From a virus (Duplodnaviria; Caudoviricetes): 64,000 bases of DNA. Shown here one piece after another: positions 18,924 to 29,919 of this stretch (position 1 is the stretch's first letter; each line of letters opens with the position of its first letter). The stretch lies in IMG/VR virus record IMGVR_UViG_3300032327_000953, positions 64,001-128,000 of that record. One strand, 5' to 3'. The notes under the pieces were generated by a model. The model had not been told where the DNA came from. It saw nothing but the letters and a program-made list of their open reading frames with translations, and did not search any database. A program made the translations under genes and the position numbers.

Positions 18924-20300
18924 TTAAGTAAAATATAAAACTACAGCACCAAGACCATTCCCTCCACCATATCCACTAGTGATTTTTGTGGGCGTTCCCT
19001 TTTTGATTGCTCCACCGGAACCAAACGCAGCAGTTGTACCTTGATCCTCTGTGGCTTTTCCTCCAGCTAAAGTCACTGCTGCTTTTAGGCCAGATATGTC
19101 AATCATCGGGGTGCGTTGGAATGTTGTTGTTGCGCCGTCTGCTCCACCTAATGCTCCATAGGCTTCTCCGGTCCAATCGCCATCTTGTGCATTTCCTCCG
19201 TTCGCACCACCATCACCACCAGTAAATGATCCACCGCCAAATCCCGGTGTATTACCGAGCCAACCGCTATAGCCTTTAATTATTGTACTAGAAAAGGTAA
19301 CACTTGTTGTATTGGTAGCGCTAGTTGAAGATGTAGTAGTATTGATACCAGTGCCAATTGCATAAGTTACGCTTGCACCTCCGCTTACACCTGTCCATGT
19401 TTTATAAGCAACACCGCCAGCACCTGCTAAAGAACCATAGCCTCCGCCTGTTGTTCCGTCGATACCTCCCGGCCCAACAGCCCAAGCCTTCATGGTTGTT
19501 GCTCCTGCGGGTATAGTGAAGCTTGTGCCAGAAGTTAAAATATAAGCAACAGGAGAGAAACCTCCGCCTCCAGCGGCTACGGTATATACCAAACTATATG
19601 TGCTCACCACGCCAGCACTACTAATCTTCTGACCAACAGTAGCATTAAATGGAATAAAATTTATATCACCATTAGGTGCCAATACTCCACCATAATAAGC
19701 ATTAGATGTTGTATATACTAAACTATATGTACTCACCACACCAGCACTACTAATTTTTTGTCCTCTGTTTGCACTACATGGAATAAAGTGAGTGTCACCG
19801 TTTGTTCCTAATACTCCACCAACATACGCTGCTGATGTTGTGTAGACTAAACTATAGGTGCTCACCACTCCCGAACTATTTAATTTTTGTCCAACAGCAG
19901 CACTAAAAGGAATAAAATTTATATCACCGTTTGGCGATAAAACTCCACCGGCATAAGCTGTTGCAACTGTAGAATACACTAAACTATATGTACTAACTAT
20001 TCCAAGGTTACTAATTTTTTGACCTCTATTTGCACTATGCGGGATAAGGTTGATATCTCCGTTTGAACTTAATATCCCTCCTATGTAGGCAGAAGATGTG
20101 GTATATACTAAGCTATAAGTACTAACAACAGCATTAGTAAAAACAGCAGAGCCAGTGGTTGATTCATCCAATATGGTTTTTAATTTGTTCCACGCCACAA
20201 GACCAGTATCTATAGAACTATTATCGCTAGATGGAACTGCTCCATTAACAAGACTTTGAACTTCCAATAAAAATTTTGGTGAAACTAAATGAGTACTCAT
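18924..20300 (-). CDS. Beta-propeller repeat protein (4+ blades) fused to a Gly-rich fibre-type domain
   Basis: Four full ~44-aa repeats, then KAWAVGPGG...GAGGVAYK Gly-rich domain ending GAVVLYFT. Confidence 0.7.
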   Translation of the reverse strand: MSTHLVSPKFLLEVQSLVNGAVPSSDNSSIDTGLVAWNKLKTILDESTTGSAVFTNAVVSTYSLVYTTSSAYIGGILSSNGDINLIPHSANRGQKISNLGIVSTYSLVYSTVATAYAGGVLSPNGDINFIPFSAAVGQKLNSSGVVSTYSLVYTTSAAYVGGVLGTNGDTHFIPCSANRGQKISSAGVVSTYSLVYTTSNAYYGGVLAPNGDINFIPFNATVGQKISSAGVVSTYSLVYTVAAGGGGFSPVAYILTSGTSFTIPAGATTMKAWAVGPGGIDGTTGGGYGSLAGAGGVAYKTWTGVSGGASVTYAIGTGINTTTSSTSATNTTSVTFSSTIIKGYSGWLGNTPGFGGGSFTGGDGGANGGNAQDGDWTGEAYGALGGADGATTTFQRTPMIDISGLKAAVTLAGGKATEDQGTTAAFGSGGAIKKGTPTKITSGYGGGNGLGAVVLYFT

Positions 20301-20301
20301 A

Positions 20302-21429
20302 TTAAAACTTATTTAAAAATGGTGAACAACATAATCCAATATTTAATGGTTTAGCTGGAAGTATTGATATTTTTTGTCCTACAGCAGCATAGTGTGGTAT
20401 TGAATAAATATCTCCATTCGAAGATATTACTCCTCCAATATTGCTATTAGAATTAGTATATACCAAGCTATATGTACTTACAATCCCATTGGTATCTATT
20501 CTTTGTCCTACTCTTCCATTATAATTCATCAAATAAATATTTCCATCTGGTCCGATTACTCCGCCAGTGTAACCATCTCCTACTGTATAGATTAAACTGT
20601 ATGTACTAACAATACCATCTATATTGACTTTTTGTCCTACTGGCGCTCCTCTGGGTATAAAATGAATATCTCCGTTTGGCGATAAAACACCGCCAGCATA
20701 AGCATAAGCTGCCGTATATATTAAACTATATGTACTTACCACTCCACTACTGCTAATTTTTTGTCCTACATTAGAACTAAAAGGAATAAAATAAATATCT
20801 CCCTTTGGACCAAGAACACCACCAACATAATTAAGAGATTGTGTACGAATTAAACTATATGTACTTACCACACCACTAGCACTTATTTTTTGTCCACGAT
20901 TGGTAGAAAATGGAACAAAGTAAATATCTCCATTACCAGCGACAACTCCTCCTGAGTAATTACTAACAGACGTATAAACAAGGCTATAAGTACTAACAAT
21001 ACCAGCACTACTAATCTTTTGACCAACAGCGGCATTCAAAGGAATAAAGTGTATATCTCCATTATTAGCCAAAACACCGCCATAATAAGCTGATGTTGTT
21101 GTATAAATTAAACTATATGTACTAACAATACCATTGCTATTAATTCTTTGTCCAACAGTAGCGCTATGTGGAATAAAATTTATATCTCCATTTGGCGATA
21201 ATATCCCACCGGAATAAGATCCTACTGCGGTATAAACTAAGCTATAAGTACTAACAATAGGACTACTAAAACTTTTTCCATTATTAGCTGACTTTTCCAA
21301 TAATGTCTTGATCTTATTCCAAGCAACTAGATCGGTACCTATGCTACTATTATCGCAAGTTGGGATAGCTCCTCTTGCTTTGTTTTGAACTTCCGTTCGC
21401 CATGTTGGTGATATGTCGTATATTGCCAT
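20302..21429 (-). CDS. Seven-repeat putative beta-propeller protein
   Basis: Seven VSTYSLxY(T)...YxGGxxxxNGDIxFIP repeats counted. Confidence 0.75.
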   Translation of the reverse strand: MAIYDISPTWRTEVQNKARGAIPTCDNSSIGTDLVAWNKIKTLLEKSANNGKSFSSPIVSTYSLVYTAVGSYSGGILSPNGDINFIPHSATVGQRINSNGIVSTYSLIYTTTSAYYGGVLANNGDIHFIPLNAAVGQKISSAGIVSTYSLVYTSVSNYSGGVVAGNGDIYFVPFSTNRGQKISASGVVSTYSLIRTQSLNYVGGVLGPKGDIYFIPFSSNVGQKISSSGVVSTYSLIYTAAYAYAGGVLSPNGDIHFIPRGAPVGQKVNIDGIVSTYSLIYTVGDGYTGGVIGPDGNIYLMNYNGRVGQRIDTNGIVSTYSLVYTNSNSNIGGVISSNGDIYSIPHYAAVGQKISILPAKPLNIGLCCSPFLNKF

Positions 21430-21432
21430 AGT

Positions 21433-22569
21433 TTAAAATTTGTTTAAGAAGGATGAACAACAAGTTCCAATATCAAAAGGAAGGGATGCTGTGGTAGAGA
21501 TTTTTTGACCAATCCCACCCTGAAATGGAATAAAATAAATGTCTCCATTTGGAGCCAAAACTCCACCCACATAAGCATATGCGACTGTTCTAATTAAACT
21601 GTATGTGCTAACAACTCCACTGCTGCTAATTTTTTGCCCTCTATTAGCACTCAATGGAATAAAGTGAATATCTCCATTTGGAGCCAGTAATCCTCCGAAA
21701 TAGGCTTCGTTGACGGTGTATACCAAGCTATAAGTGCTAACCACGCCGCTACTACTTATTTTTTGTCCTACTCTGGCTTGTCTTGGAATAAAATGAACTT
21801 CTCCATTTGAAGACAATACCCCGCCACAATAAGCATTACCAGATGTGGTGTAGACTAAACTATAAGTGCTGACCACTCCGCCACTGCTAATTTTTTGCCC
21901 AACCCCCGTCACTTGTGGAACAAAATGTATATCTCCGTTAGCCGCTAAGACTCCACCAACATAGGTTTCACTGGTGCTTGTATAGACCAAGCTATAGGTA
22001 CTGACAACGCCACTGCTGTTTATTTTTTGTCCCACAGGCGCTGTTGCTGACACAAAATGAATGTCTCCGTTTGGAGCAACTACTCCACCGAAATAAGCAC
22101 CAGTAGTATTAGTGTAAATTAAACTGTATGTACTAACTACGCCGCTGCTGTTTATTTTTTGACCAACTCTTGCCGTATTTGGAACAAAATGAACATCTCC
22201 ATTTGAAGCTAAAACTCCACCAGCATAGGCGTTGGATGTTGTGTAAACTAAACTGTAGGTGCTAACAACTCCACCACTACTAATTTTTTGTCCAATATTG
22301 GCTACTCTAGGGATAAAGTGTATGTCTCCATTGGGAGTAATAATTCCTCCTCCAAATACTCCCGCACTATAAACCAAACTATAAGTGCTAACTATAGGAT
22401 TACTAAAAACGCTCCCGGCAGTAACACTTTTGTTCAAAAGACTTTTAAAGTTATTCCAAGAAGCTAAAAAGGTATCAATACTACTATCATCACCAGATGG
22501 TAGAAAACCATTAGCTGCTATTTGAACATTGTCATCCCATTTTGGAGATATAATATTAATGTCTGGCAT
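21433..22569 (-). CDS. Seven-repeat putative beta-propeller protein
   Basis: Seven repeats; paralogue of 20302..21429. Confidence 0.75.
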   Translation of the reverse strand: MPDINIISPKWDDNVQIAANGFLPSGDDSSIDTFLASWNNFKSLLNKSVTAGSVFSNPIVSTYSLVYSAGVFGGGIITPNGDIHFIPRVANIGQKISSGGVVSTYSLVYTTSNAYAGGVLASNGDVHFVPNTARVGQKINSSGVVSTYSLIYTNTTGAYFGGVVAPNGDIHFVSATAPVGQKINSSGVVSTYSLVYTSTSETYVGGVLAANGDIHFVPQVTGVGQKISSGGVVSTYSLVYTTSGNAYCGGVLSSNGEVHFIPRQARVGQKISSSGVVSTYSLVYTVNEAYFGGLLAPNGDIHFIPLSANRGQKISSSGVVSTYSLIRTVAYAYVGGVLAPNGDIYFIPFQGGIGQKISTTASLPFDIGTCCSSFLNKF

Positions 22570-22570
22570 A

Positions 22571-25500
22571 CTACACTCCTATTACCGTTACTCGGTATTG
22601 GTTTGTTGTTGGTGCAGATACAAATATTACTTGGATAGAATTGGTACCCACATAAAGTATATCAGGATAAACATAATAACCAGTGGCAACTTCTCTAACG
22701 ATGACGAAAGAGTCGCTAGTTACACCTAGACTATGGGTGACTGTATAGGTGGTGTTAATTCCATCTCCTATTGTTGTGGAATATGTTGATGCTATACCCT
22801 TTGTGCCTTGAACACCTTGGCTATTTAGATTACCCTGAACACCTTGAAGACCTTGGGTTCCTTGACTATTTAATGTGCCCTGTACTCCTTGAGTCCCTTG
22901 ACTATTTAATGCTCCTTGTACACCTTGACTTCCCTGACTACCATTAGATCCAACAACTCCTTGAACACCCTGCAAACCTTGAACGCCTTGACTTCCGTTC
23001 GATCCGGCACTACCAACGGTACCTTGTACGCCCTGACTGCCTGCCCCAGCTACTCCCTGAGTTCCTTGAGATACTGTAGATGCTATAGTAAGAGTATCAG
23101 TGCCTGCATCGTAATTGAGAGATATTGCTGTACCTCCCTGTAATGATGTTGTTAAATTAGCATAACCTCCTTGTAGACCCTGTAATCCTTGACTACCAAG
23201 TAAGCCTTGACTTCCAACACTTCCTTGAACTCCTTGACTACCACCCAATCCCTGAACTCCCTGAGAGCCTTGAATGCCCTGATTTCCATTAGATCCAGAT
23301 GAGCCGGTATTGCCTTGAGCACCCTGACTACCGTTAGATCCAGATGATCCGACAATACCTTGACTACCTTGACTTCCAACAAATCCATTAGAGCCAACTG
23401 TTCCTTGAGTTCCTTGGCTGTTTAATGTTCCCTGAACACCCTGTAGGCCTTGTAGACCTTGACCACCTATACTTCCTTGGAGTCCTTGTGAGCCTTGGTT
23501 GCCCACCAAACCTTGAACACCCTGACTGCCTGTATTACCTAAAGTACCCTGAGTGCCTTGACTACCATTAGATCCGGTACTACCAACGGTACCTTGAACG
23601 CCTTGACTACCGATGCTACCTTGAACACCCTGACTTCCGATACTTCCTTGAAGTCCTTGTGAGCCTTGACTGCCCGTATTACCTAATGTGCCTTGTGTTC
23701 CTTGACTACCATTTGATCCAGTACTGCCAATGGTACCTTGAGTTCCTTGGCTTCCAGCCCCAGTAGTTCCTTGTGTTCCTTGAGATACTGTAGATGCTAT
23801 CGTTAAAGTATCTGTTCCAGCATCATAATTAAGAGTTATTGCTGTACCACCTTGTAATGAAGTGGTTAAGTTAGCATAACCTCCTTGTAGTCCCTGTGTT
23901 CCTTGTATTCCTTGACTACCGATGCTACCTTGAACACCTTGACTACCGATGCTACCTTGAAGTCCCTGCAAACCTTGAATACCCTGACTGCCAATAACTC
24001 CTTGGATACCTTGTAATCCTTGAAGTCCCTGACTTCCACTTAATCCCTGAGATCCTTGACTACCAATAATTCCCTGTAAACCTTGACTTCCTTGAACTCC
24101 CTGAGTTCCTTGTAGACCTTGAACTCCTTGTAGTCCTTGAGAACCTTGAAGCCCTTGACTTCCTATAGTTCCTTGAAGACCTTGAGTTCCTTGAGTTCCT
24201 TGACTACCTTGACTTCCAATACTACCTTGAACACCTTGGGTTCCTTGGCTACCTTGGCTTCCGATGCTTCCGATGCTTCCTTGTGAACCTTGAGATCCTT
24301 GACTACCAATAATACCTTGAAGGCCTTGTAAACCTTGAATTCCTTGACTACCGATACTTCCTTGAGCCCCTTGTAAGCCTTGAACTCCTTGGCTACCAAC
24401 TAAGCCTTGAACACCCTGAGAGCCTTGAGACCCTTGACTTCCAGCATTACCTTGGAGTCCCTGCAGTCCTTGTAACCCCTGACTTCCGATACTACCTTGA
24501 ACGCCTTGACTACCAATAATACCTTGAATTCCCTGTAATCCCTGACTGCCCTGAGACCCAACAAGACCTTGAAGTCCTTGTAATCCTTGAGATCCTTGAT
24601 TTCCAGATAAACCTTGTAAGCCTTGCAAACCTTGAATTCCCTGAGAACCAATACTTCCTTGAACTCCTTGAGAACTTTCTAATCCTTGAACACCCTGATT
24701 ACCCTGTAATCCTTGTACTCCTTGACTACCAATGCTACCTTGAACACCCTGCAAACCTTGACTCCCCTGGCTGCCGATAGTACCTTGAATTCCCTGCAAG
24801 CCTTGACTACCGACAGTTCCTTGAAGTCCTTGGACTCCTTGGCTACCAATACTTCCTTGAACTCCCTGTATCCCCTGTAAACCTTGTATACCCTGACTAC
24901 CAACCAAACCTTGAACACCTTGTCTTCCTTGCAGCCCTTGAGAACCTTGGCTACCTATGGCTCCTTGAACGCCCTGCAAGCCTTGAATGCCTTGTAAACC
25001 TTGGTTACCTTGGACTCCTTGTAAACCTTGACTGCCAATATTTCCTTGAACTCCCTGAGTTCCTTGAGATCCCTGACTACCAATGGTTCCTTGTAGTCCT
25101 TGTAGGCCCTGTAGTCCTTGAGACCCTTGACTTCCGATACTCCCTTGAACCCCTTGTGTGCCTTGACTACCTTGACTACCAGCCAAACCTTGAATACCTT
25201 GCAATCCTTGTAGTCCTTGACTGCCGATACTTCCTTGAACTCCTTGCAAGCCTTGGCTACCCTGACTGCCAACCAAACCTTGAACACCTTGCAACCCCTG
25301 CAAACCCTGCAAACCTTGAACTCCCTGTAATCCTTGAGTTCCTTGTAATCCCTGCAATCCCTGTAATCCTTGGACACCTTGAAGTCCTTGATTACCCTGT
25401 AAGCCTTGAGATCCTTGCAGTCCTTGAACGCCTTGATTTCCCTCTAATCCTTGAATACCTTGGACTCCTTGCACTCCTTGAACGCCTTGTAGTCCCTGTA

Positions 25501-25771
25501 ATCCCTGAATACCTTGAACTCCTTGAGTACCTTGCATTCCCTGTAATCCTTGAACCCCATGTGATCCTTGAAGTCCTTGTGATCCTTGAACACCTTGTGT
25601 ACCTTGAACTCCAGCGATTGGTAATAATGACCATTTAAGTTCACCATCTCCAATTTTTAGTATATTATTTGTTGTATCATATCCTGGCTCTCCAGCCTCT
25701 AATACTGGATCGACATCTATCCACTCAGCATATGAACCTTTGCGGAGCATGAAAATATTATTTGCAGGCAT
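22571..25771 (-). CDS. Collagen-like (Gly-X-Gln) tail fibre with an Mtd_N/hyaluronidase-N-like domain
   Basis: N-terminal [34 protein letters not shown]; very long (G-X-Q)n tract; C-terminal [16 protein letters not shown] domain; start reassigned to MPANN. Confidence 0.85.
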   Translation of the reverse strand: MPANNIFMLRKGSYAEWIDVDPVLEAGEPGYDTTNNILKIGDGELKWSLLPIAGVQGTQGVQGSQGLQGSHGVQGLQGMQGTQGVQGIQGLQGLQGVQGVQGVQGIQGLEGNQGVQGLQGSQGLQGNQGLQGVQGLQGLQGLQGTQGLQGVQGLQGLQGLQGVQGLVGSQGSQGLQGVQGSIGSQGLQGLQGIQGLAGSQGSQGTQGVQGSIGSQGSQGLQGLQGLQGTIGSQGSQGTQGVQGNIGSQGLQGVQGNQGLQGIQGLQGVQGAIGSQGSQGLQGRQGVQGLVGSQGIQGLQGIQGVQGSIGSQGVQGLQGTVGSQGLQGIQGTIGSQGSQGLQGVQGSIGSQGVQGLQGNQGVQGLESSQGVQGSIGSQGIQGLQGLQGLSGNQGSQGLQGLQGLVGSQGSQGLQGIQGIIGSQGVQGSIGSQGLQGLQGLQGNAGSQGSQGSQGVQGLVGSQGVQGLQGAQGSIGSQGIQGLQGLQGIIGSQGSQGSQGSIGSIGSQGSQGTQGVQGSIGSQGSQGTQGTQGLQGTIGSQGLQGSQGLQGVQGLQGTQGVQGSQGLQGIIGSQGSQGLSGSQGLQGLQGIQGVIGSQGIQGLQGLQGSIGSQGVQGSIGSQGIQGTQGLQGGYANLTTSLQGGTAITLNYDAGTDTLTIASTVSQGTQGTTGAGSQGTQGTIGSTGSNGSQGTQGTLGNTGSQGSQGLQGSIGSQGVQGSIGSQGVQGTVGSTGSNGSQGTQGTLGNTGSQGVQGLVGNQGSQGLQGSIGGQGLQGLQGVQGTLNSQGTQGTVGSNGFVGSQGSQGIVGSSGSNGSQGAQGNTGSSGSNGNQGIQGSQGVQGLGGSQGVQGSVGSQGLLGSQGLQGLQGGYANLTTSLQGGTAISLNYDAGTDTLTIASTVSQGTQGVAGAGSQGVQGTVGSAGSNGSQGVQGLQGVQGVVGSNGSQGSQGVQGALNSQGTQGVQGTLNSQGTQGLQGVQGNLNSQGVQGTKGIASTYSTTIGDGINTTYTVTHSLGVTSDSFVIVREVATGYYVYPDILYVGTNSIQVIFVSAPTTNQYRVTVIGV
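23061..23884 (-). repeat. Duplicated ~100-bp non-collagen interruption in the fibre gene (about 23061-23167 and 23783-23884)
   Basis: Both copies encode [16 protein letters not shown][ST][22 protein letters not shown]. Confidence 0.85.
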
Positions 25772-25858
25772 AATTGATCCATTTATAAAGGTGGTCAGGG
25801 ATATAGTAATATACACTTATTTGATGCATACTATATCTATCTGCATATATTGACAATA

Positions 25859-27841
25859 TTAATGGAATATATGTTTCTCTATATTTTTGATACTATTGTT
25901 ATACATTGGTTCAAATTTTGAATAATCTATCAAATCCGGATGAATCCACCAATCTTCAAAAGGAGTACTATCGTCCATAGACACATCTCCAATTAATAGT
26001 TTATACCCTAAAGATTGAAGATAATTTCTAGATTTTTGTCTGTATGATCTGGTCATATCCAAATAGTAGTCATGCTCATATGTTATAATTGAGAATCTAT
26101 ATTTATCAAAAGGAATAGATAATAGAGTTTCGAATGTTTTGCCCGGAGGTTCGCAATCTAACTGTAAGTAATCAAAGTCCGTACCCATATTCAAATCATT
26201 TAATATACTGCTATAGTTTAATTTAGTAGCATCTCCCTGCATAATCTTATTAGATCTATTTGATTGAAATCTATTAACTAATTCTGTATTAATGTCTATA
26301 GATAATCCTTTCCACCCATATTGTTTTTCTAATAGATAAGTATTATTGCCAAAATATGGATCTCCAGCCCCTATCTCTAAATATTTACCATTTCTCTTAC
26401 CATTTGTTGCAGCTAATACAAACAGGTCTTGATATGACTGTGAATAATTCTCTTCTATGTCCTGAGCGCCATCAAATTTAATCTTTAATTTATTATATTG
26501 GTTTTTATGGTATTTAAGATGTTTCTGTCTTTTCTTCTCTATTTCTGTGAGTTGGTACTCAATGGTGGATAGTTGGCTTTCTGTTAATTTATGGTCACTA
26601 TCTATTATAGTATTTAGTAATGATCTAGACTGTTCTATTTTATCCCAGCTATTAGCTCCAGTTGCCCTGCACAATAATATAGACTCTTTACCAAAATATC
26701 CTATATCTATCCTGAGTGAAATATTATTAAAATCACAAATTTCTGAAGCTATAGAAGAATAAGTATAGCAGTCATACCATTGATGGTATTTTTCATAATG
26801 CTTTGAAAGTAGAAAGTATGCTTCCGGTCTTTTTGGTAATAAGGTAATAGCATGTTTTAATAAATGAGTTGATGTAAAGTCCCTACTTTTTTGAGCATCA
26901 AAACAGAAATATCCACGTATTAGACATTCATAAGATAAGTTAATATCGTTTGTTCTTTCTGCGCATCTTAGGTAATGACTAAATGCTGATGCTGTATGTC
27001 CTAATTTTTCATATTCATAAGCCATATCGAAATTCAGCTCTGCATTTTCTGTATCTAAAGCAAATCTGGTAGTCAGATCAATAGTATTAATATCAGATAT
27101 TTGTTTTTTATGTCCTTCATTTTTCCACCAATTTAAAATATAGTTATAAGAATTAACATGTATTTGATCGTTAGATTGTGAGAAATTAGTATTTGTATTA
27201 TTAATATCTTCAACAAAAAGAGGCATATTATATACAGATCCAATTCCTTCAAATAGTATATTTTCTACAATTGGAAAAAGGTCATATGTTACATACTCTC
27301 CGGGACTGATCTGAATTTTAGCATTAAAGTTATCAAGGTTAAAATGAGTATCAGAAATGTAGTATTTGCTAATTAGCTTTTTGGCGTATTCTCTTTTAAT
27401 TAAATAAGCCTGACATCCCCAGTCACTATTTAATCTTGATCTGGTTTTTATCTCTATATTATCAAAAGATTCTCTAATGCAACTAAGTTGAATACATTCC
27501 CAGTCTTGAGGTAGAGAGTATATAAAATATGAGAAAGTAAAGTTCCAATAATCGATAGTCTCTAAACTAATATCGTCTTCCATTATCATAACATATGGAT
27601 CTTCTGATGAGTCTAGCCAATCTTTAATAGCTAATAAATGAGAGGTTGTGGGTCCCTTACTATTATCATGTATATCATTTATGTATTTACCAGTAAGAGC
27701 AAATCTATCTACTTGATATGGTTTAAATTTTACTATTTTATAGTTATCTATATTATAAGCAGAACATTGATCTATGAAATTATCTATCCTATGGTCTGAT
27801 CCTTCTGTGGTTATGCAGATAATGCTCGATGATTTAAACAT
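25859..27841 (-). CDS. Fusion of GT25-like glycosyltransferase, TPR region and FkbM-type methyltransferase
   Basis: SHLLAIKDWL...VMIMEDD and GCQAYLI (GT25); RPEAYFLL (TPR); YLEIGAGDPYFGNNT, DYLQLDCE and FEDWW (FkbM-like). Confidence 0.75.
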   Translation of the reverse strand: MFKSSSIICITTEGSDHRIDNFIDQCSAYNIDNYKIVKFKPYQVDRFALTGKYINDIHDNSKGPTTSHLLAIKDWLDSSEDPYVMIMEDDISLETIDYWNFTFSYFIYSLPQDWECIQLSCIRESFDNIEIKTRSRLNSDWGCQAYLIKREYAKKLISKYYISDTHFNLDNFNAKIQISPGEYVTYDLFPIVENILFEGIGSVYNMPLFVEDINNTNTNFSQSNDQIHVNSYNYILNWWKNEGHKKQISDINTIDLTTRFALDTENAELNFDMAYEYEKLGHTASAFSHYLRCAERTNDINLSYECLIRGYFCFDAQKSRDFTSTHLLKHAITLLPKRPEAYFLLSKHYEKYHQWYDCYTYSSIASEICDFNNISLRIDIGYFGKESILLCRATGANSWDKIEQSRSLLNTIIDSDHKLTESQLSTIEYQLTEIEKKRQKHLKYHKNQYNKLKIKFDGAQDIEENYSQSYQDLFVLAATNGKRNGKYLEIGAGDPYFGNNTYLLEKQYGWKGLSIDINTELVNRFQSNRSNKIMQGDATKLNYSSILNDLNMGTDFDYLQLDCEPPGKTFETLLSIPFDKYRFSIITYEHDYYLDMTRSYRQKSRNYLQSLGYKLLIGDVSMDDSTPFEDWWIHPDLIDYSKFEPMYNNSIKNIEKHIFH

Positions 27842-28811
27842 TTAATAAACTTCCTATAAAATCAATTGGAAACTCTAATAAGAATGATGAATTATCTTGA
27901 AATCCAAAAGTTATCAGAATTTTATCTTTAAACTGGGCCATACCACATGAGAACTCTATTTCTGCGCCAAGAAAATCAAAGGGCTCTCCATAAGATATTA
28001 TATTCCAGTTTTTATCCCATACTATGAATCGATGTCTGTATTTAGCATTTTTCCTGCCATTCATATTATTGAATAAATTAACCTGATGAGTTAAAGCTAT
28101 TCTATAATTATCTTTCCAAGGAATAACCTGAGATCCTCCTCTAAAGTCATGACTTTGATAAACATAATTACCGAGAAATACTGTTTCTGTTACTCCTTTA
28201 TTAATATCAACTCTAACAATTTCAGTAGGATTGCACCACTTAACATAATGATATGGCATATCTAAAATAGGCATCCAATTTTTTTCACAATAACTATCAT
28301 TAACTCCCGGTGTTGGTACGCGAAATCGTGATATCTCTTTAAAGGTATTGTCTTCATAAACTATCTCAGATAATTCCATTCGACCTTGACCATTAGGAGT
28401 AGTATCTCTTCGCACTCCTGTACCATATAATTTATTATTCCATTCCACTAGTCTTATATCTTCTAGACCTACAAATTCCCATATTGGAGTAACATCTAGT
28501 TTAGAAGTATCTATTTTAGAGTAATTAGTAATATCATAATTATCATTTAAATTACAGAGATAATTATTAGTTATTAGCCTCATATCGTTTTCCCTATGAA
28601 GATACTGCAATGGTCCCCATGGGTGGCAGAATTTGCCTTTCTCGGCATGGTATAGGGTGTATTCGACGTGTCTTAAATTAACTAGTATAGAATCCCTATA
28701 AATCAAAATGGATGGATTTGTGAGGCCTGTACCATTAGTTAAAGAAGAGTCAATTAATAATTTATTAATCCTACCACCATTTAAAATGGCTAATTTGGCA
28801 AAGTTTTCCAT
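27834..28811 (-). CDS. GH130/GH43-like five-bladed beta-propeller glycosidase or phosphorylase
   Basis: TNPSI, GLEDIRL, EKNWMP, RGGSQ and IEFSCG motifs. Confidence 0.7.
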   Translation of the reverse strand: MENFAKLAILNGGRINKLLIDSSLTNGTGLTNPSILIYRDSILVNLRHVEYTLYHAEKGKFCHPWGPLQYLHRENDMRLITNNYLCNLNDNYDITNYSKIDTSKLDVTPIWEFVGLEDIRLVEWNNKLYGTGVRRDTTPNGQGRMELSEIVYEDNTFKEISRFRVPTPGVNDSYCEKNWMPILDMPYHYVKWCNPTEIVRVDINKGVTETVFLGNYVYQSHDFRGGSQVIPWKDNYRIALTHQVNLFNNMNGRKNAKYRHRFIVWDKNWNIISYGEPFDFLGAEIEFSCGMAQFKDKILITFGFQDNSSFLLEFPIDFIGSLLNV

Positions 28812-28880
28812 TTGATTTCCTATTTTAAACCTAGTATTCTATTTTATAGTAGAACGATTAAGAATAGTGTCAATAATGAA

Positions 28881-29456
28881 CTATAAGGATTTCCATAATA
28901 CAATATCATCAGAATAGATTTGTCTAACTTTATATTCTTGTTCTGGTGTTAAGATTATTTTTTCTGCTGTCTTGCTAAAGTTAATTTTTTCTATTGGAGT
29001 ATTAATACCCAAATAATTAGCCATACCCATAATATCTGGAAATACAAATAGTTTACTTTTTTCATTCATTAAATGGCTTACAGGGGCTAGATGATACCAA
29101 GATGTTCCAGCACAGTATTCTAAATCATGTCTATCGGTATATTCTGGCTTGTCTCCAAGACCATGAAACCAATATAACCAACAAAATGCTTTTTCAGGAG
29201 ATATGTTCATTCTCCAAAGTAGTGAGATGAATCTTTCTATAGGGTTTCGTACCATAACAGCGCAACCATCTGGAAGATCTTCTCCAATCATATAATTATT
29301 TAATCGGTGTCCTTCTCCATCTATTATTGGATAATCTGGTATACGTTCTGGATAAAAATAACGAAGAGACATCATTCCGATTGATGATGTTCCAGATCGA
29401 CTAACAAAACAAAAGTTTTTATTGTTCGGTAGGGAATACCATATTTTCCAAGTCAT
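28881..29456 (-). CDS. Sulfotransferase-like protein
   Basis: SRSGTSSI and VRNPIERFISL; C-terminus (LTPEQEYKVRQIYSDDIVLWKSL) matches 18411..18920. Confidence 0.6.
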   Translation of the reverse strand: MTWKIWYSLPNNKNFCFVSRSGTSSIGMMSLRYFYPERIPDYPIIDGEGHRLNNYMIGEDLPDGCAVMVRNPIERFISLLWRMNISPEKAFCWLYWFHGLGDKPEYTDRHDLEYCAGTSWYHLAPVSHLMNEKSKLFVFPDIMGMANYLGINTPIEKINFSKTAEKIILTPEQEYKVRQIYSDDIVLWKSL

Positions 29457-29919
29457 GTGGTTTCTCCTGTAGGTGCCAGCCAATGCTTACACGCCAACAA
29501 CTAGCAAATACCGCATGCCATTCTGGACATGAGAACGCACGAATATTCCAACCTGGTTTGTCATAATCAATAATAGTCTTGCCATCTTTATACCAAAGCA
29601 TACCACTATTACCATTTTCACTCCAAGCAGCATATAGTCTTTGTCCTGGCCAGTCGCCATTAGTGTGCCAGTCCATATAACCTCCTGGTGGGTAGATCAT
29701 CCTGCCGCTAATACGATGTGTTGTAGTTTCATACGCTTCTCGTCCAATATTGAAGTTTGTATTACATCCTGGCCCACGATAACGAGCTTCCGAAGGAGGT
29801 ATTGTTTGGATAAAAATATCTATATTTGTAGGCAAAACTTGAGATGGTATGTAATATTGAGTTAACCATTCTGATGTGATTTCAGGCAGCTTTACGCCAA
29901 AAATAATCATGTTGTCCAC
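29419..29919 (-). CDS. 2OG-Fe(II) oxygenase/cupin-like protein
   Basis: GYMDWHTN (HxN/D), distal WHAV and RVSIG motifs. Confidence 0.6.
   Translation of the reverse strand: MDNMIIFGVKLPEITSEWLTQYYIPSQVLPTNIDIFIQTIPPSEARYRGPGCNTNFNIGREAYETTTHRISGRMIYPPGGYMDWHTNGDWPGQRLYAAWSENGNSGMLWYKDGKTIIDYDKPGWNIRAFSCPEWHAVFASCWRVSIGWHLQEKPHDLENMVFPTEQ

Noticed and set aside
22916-25653. Numerous alternative-frame ORFs in the collagen-like gene
   Set aside because: They are by-products of the 9-bp periodic G-X-Q coding repeat and have no RBS.
17997-25771. Diversity-generating retroelement acting on the propeller or Mtd_N-containing genes
   Set aside because: No reverse transcriptase is in the window, and repeat differences are not adenine-specific template/variable pairs.
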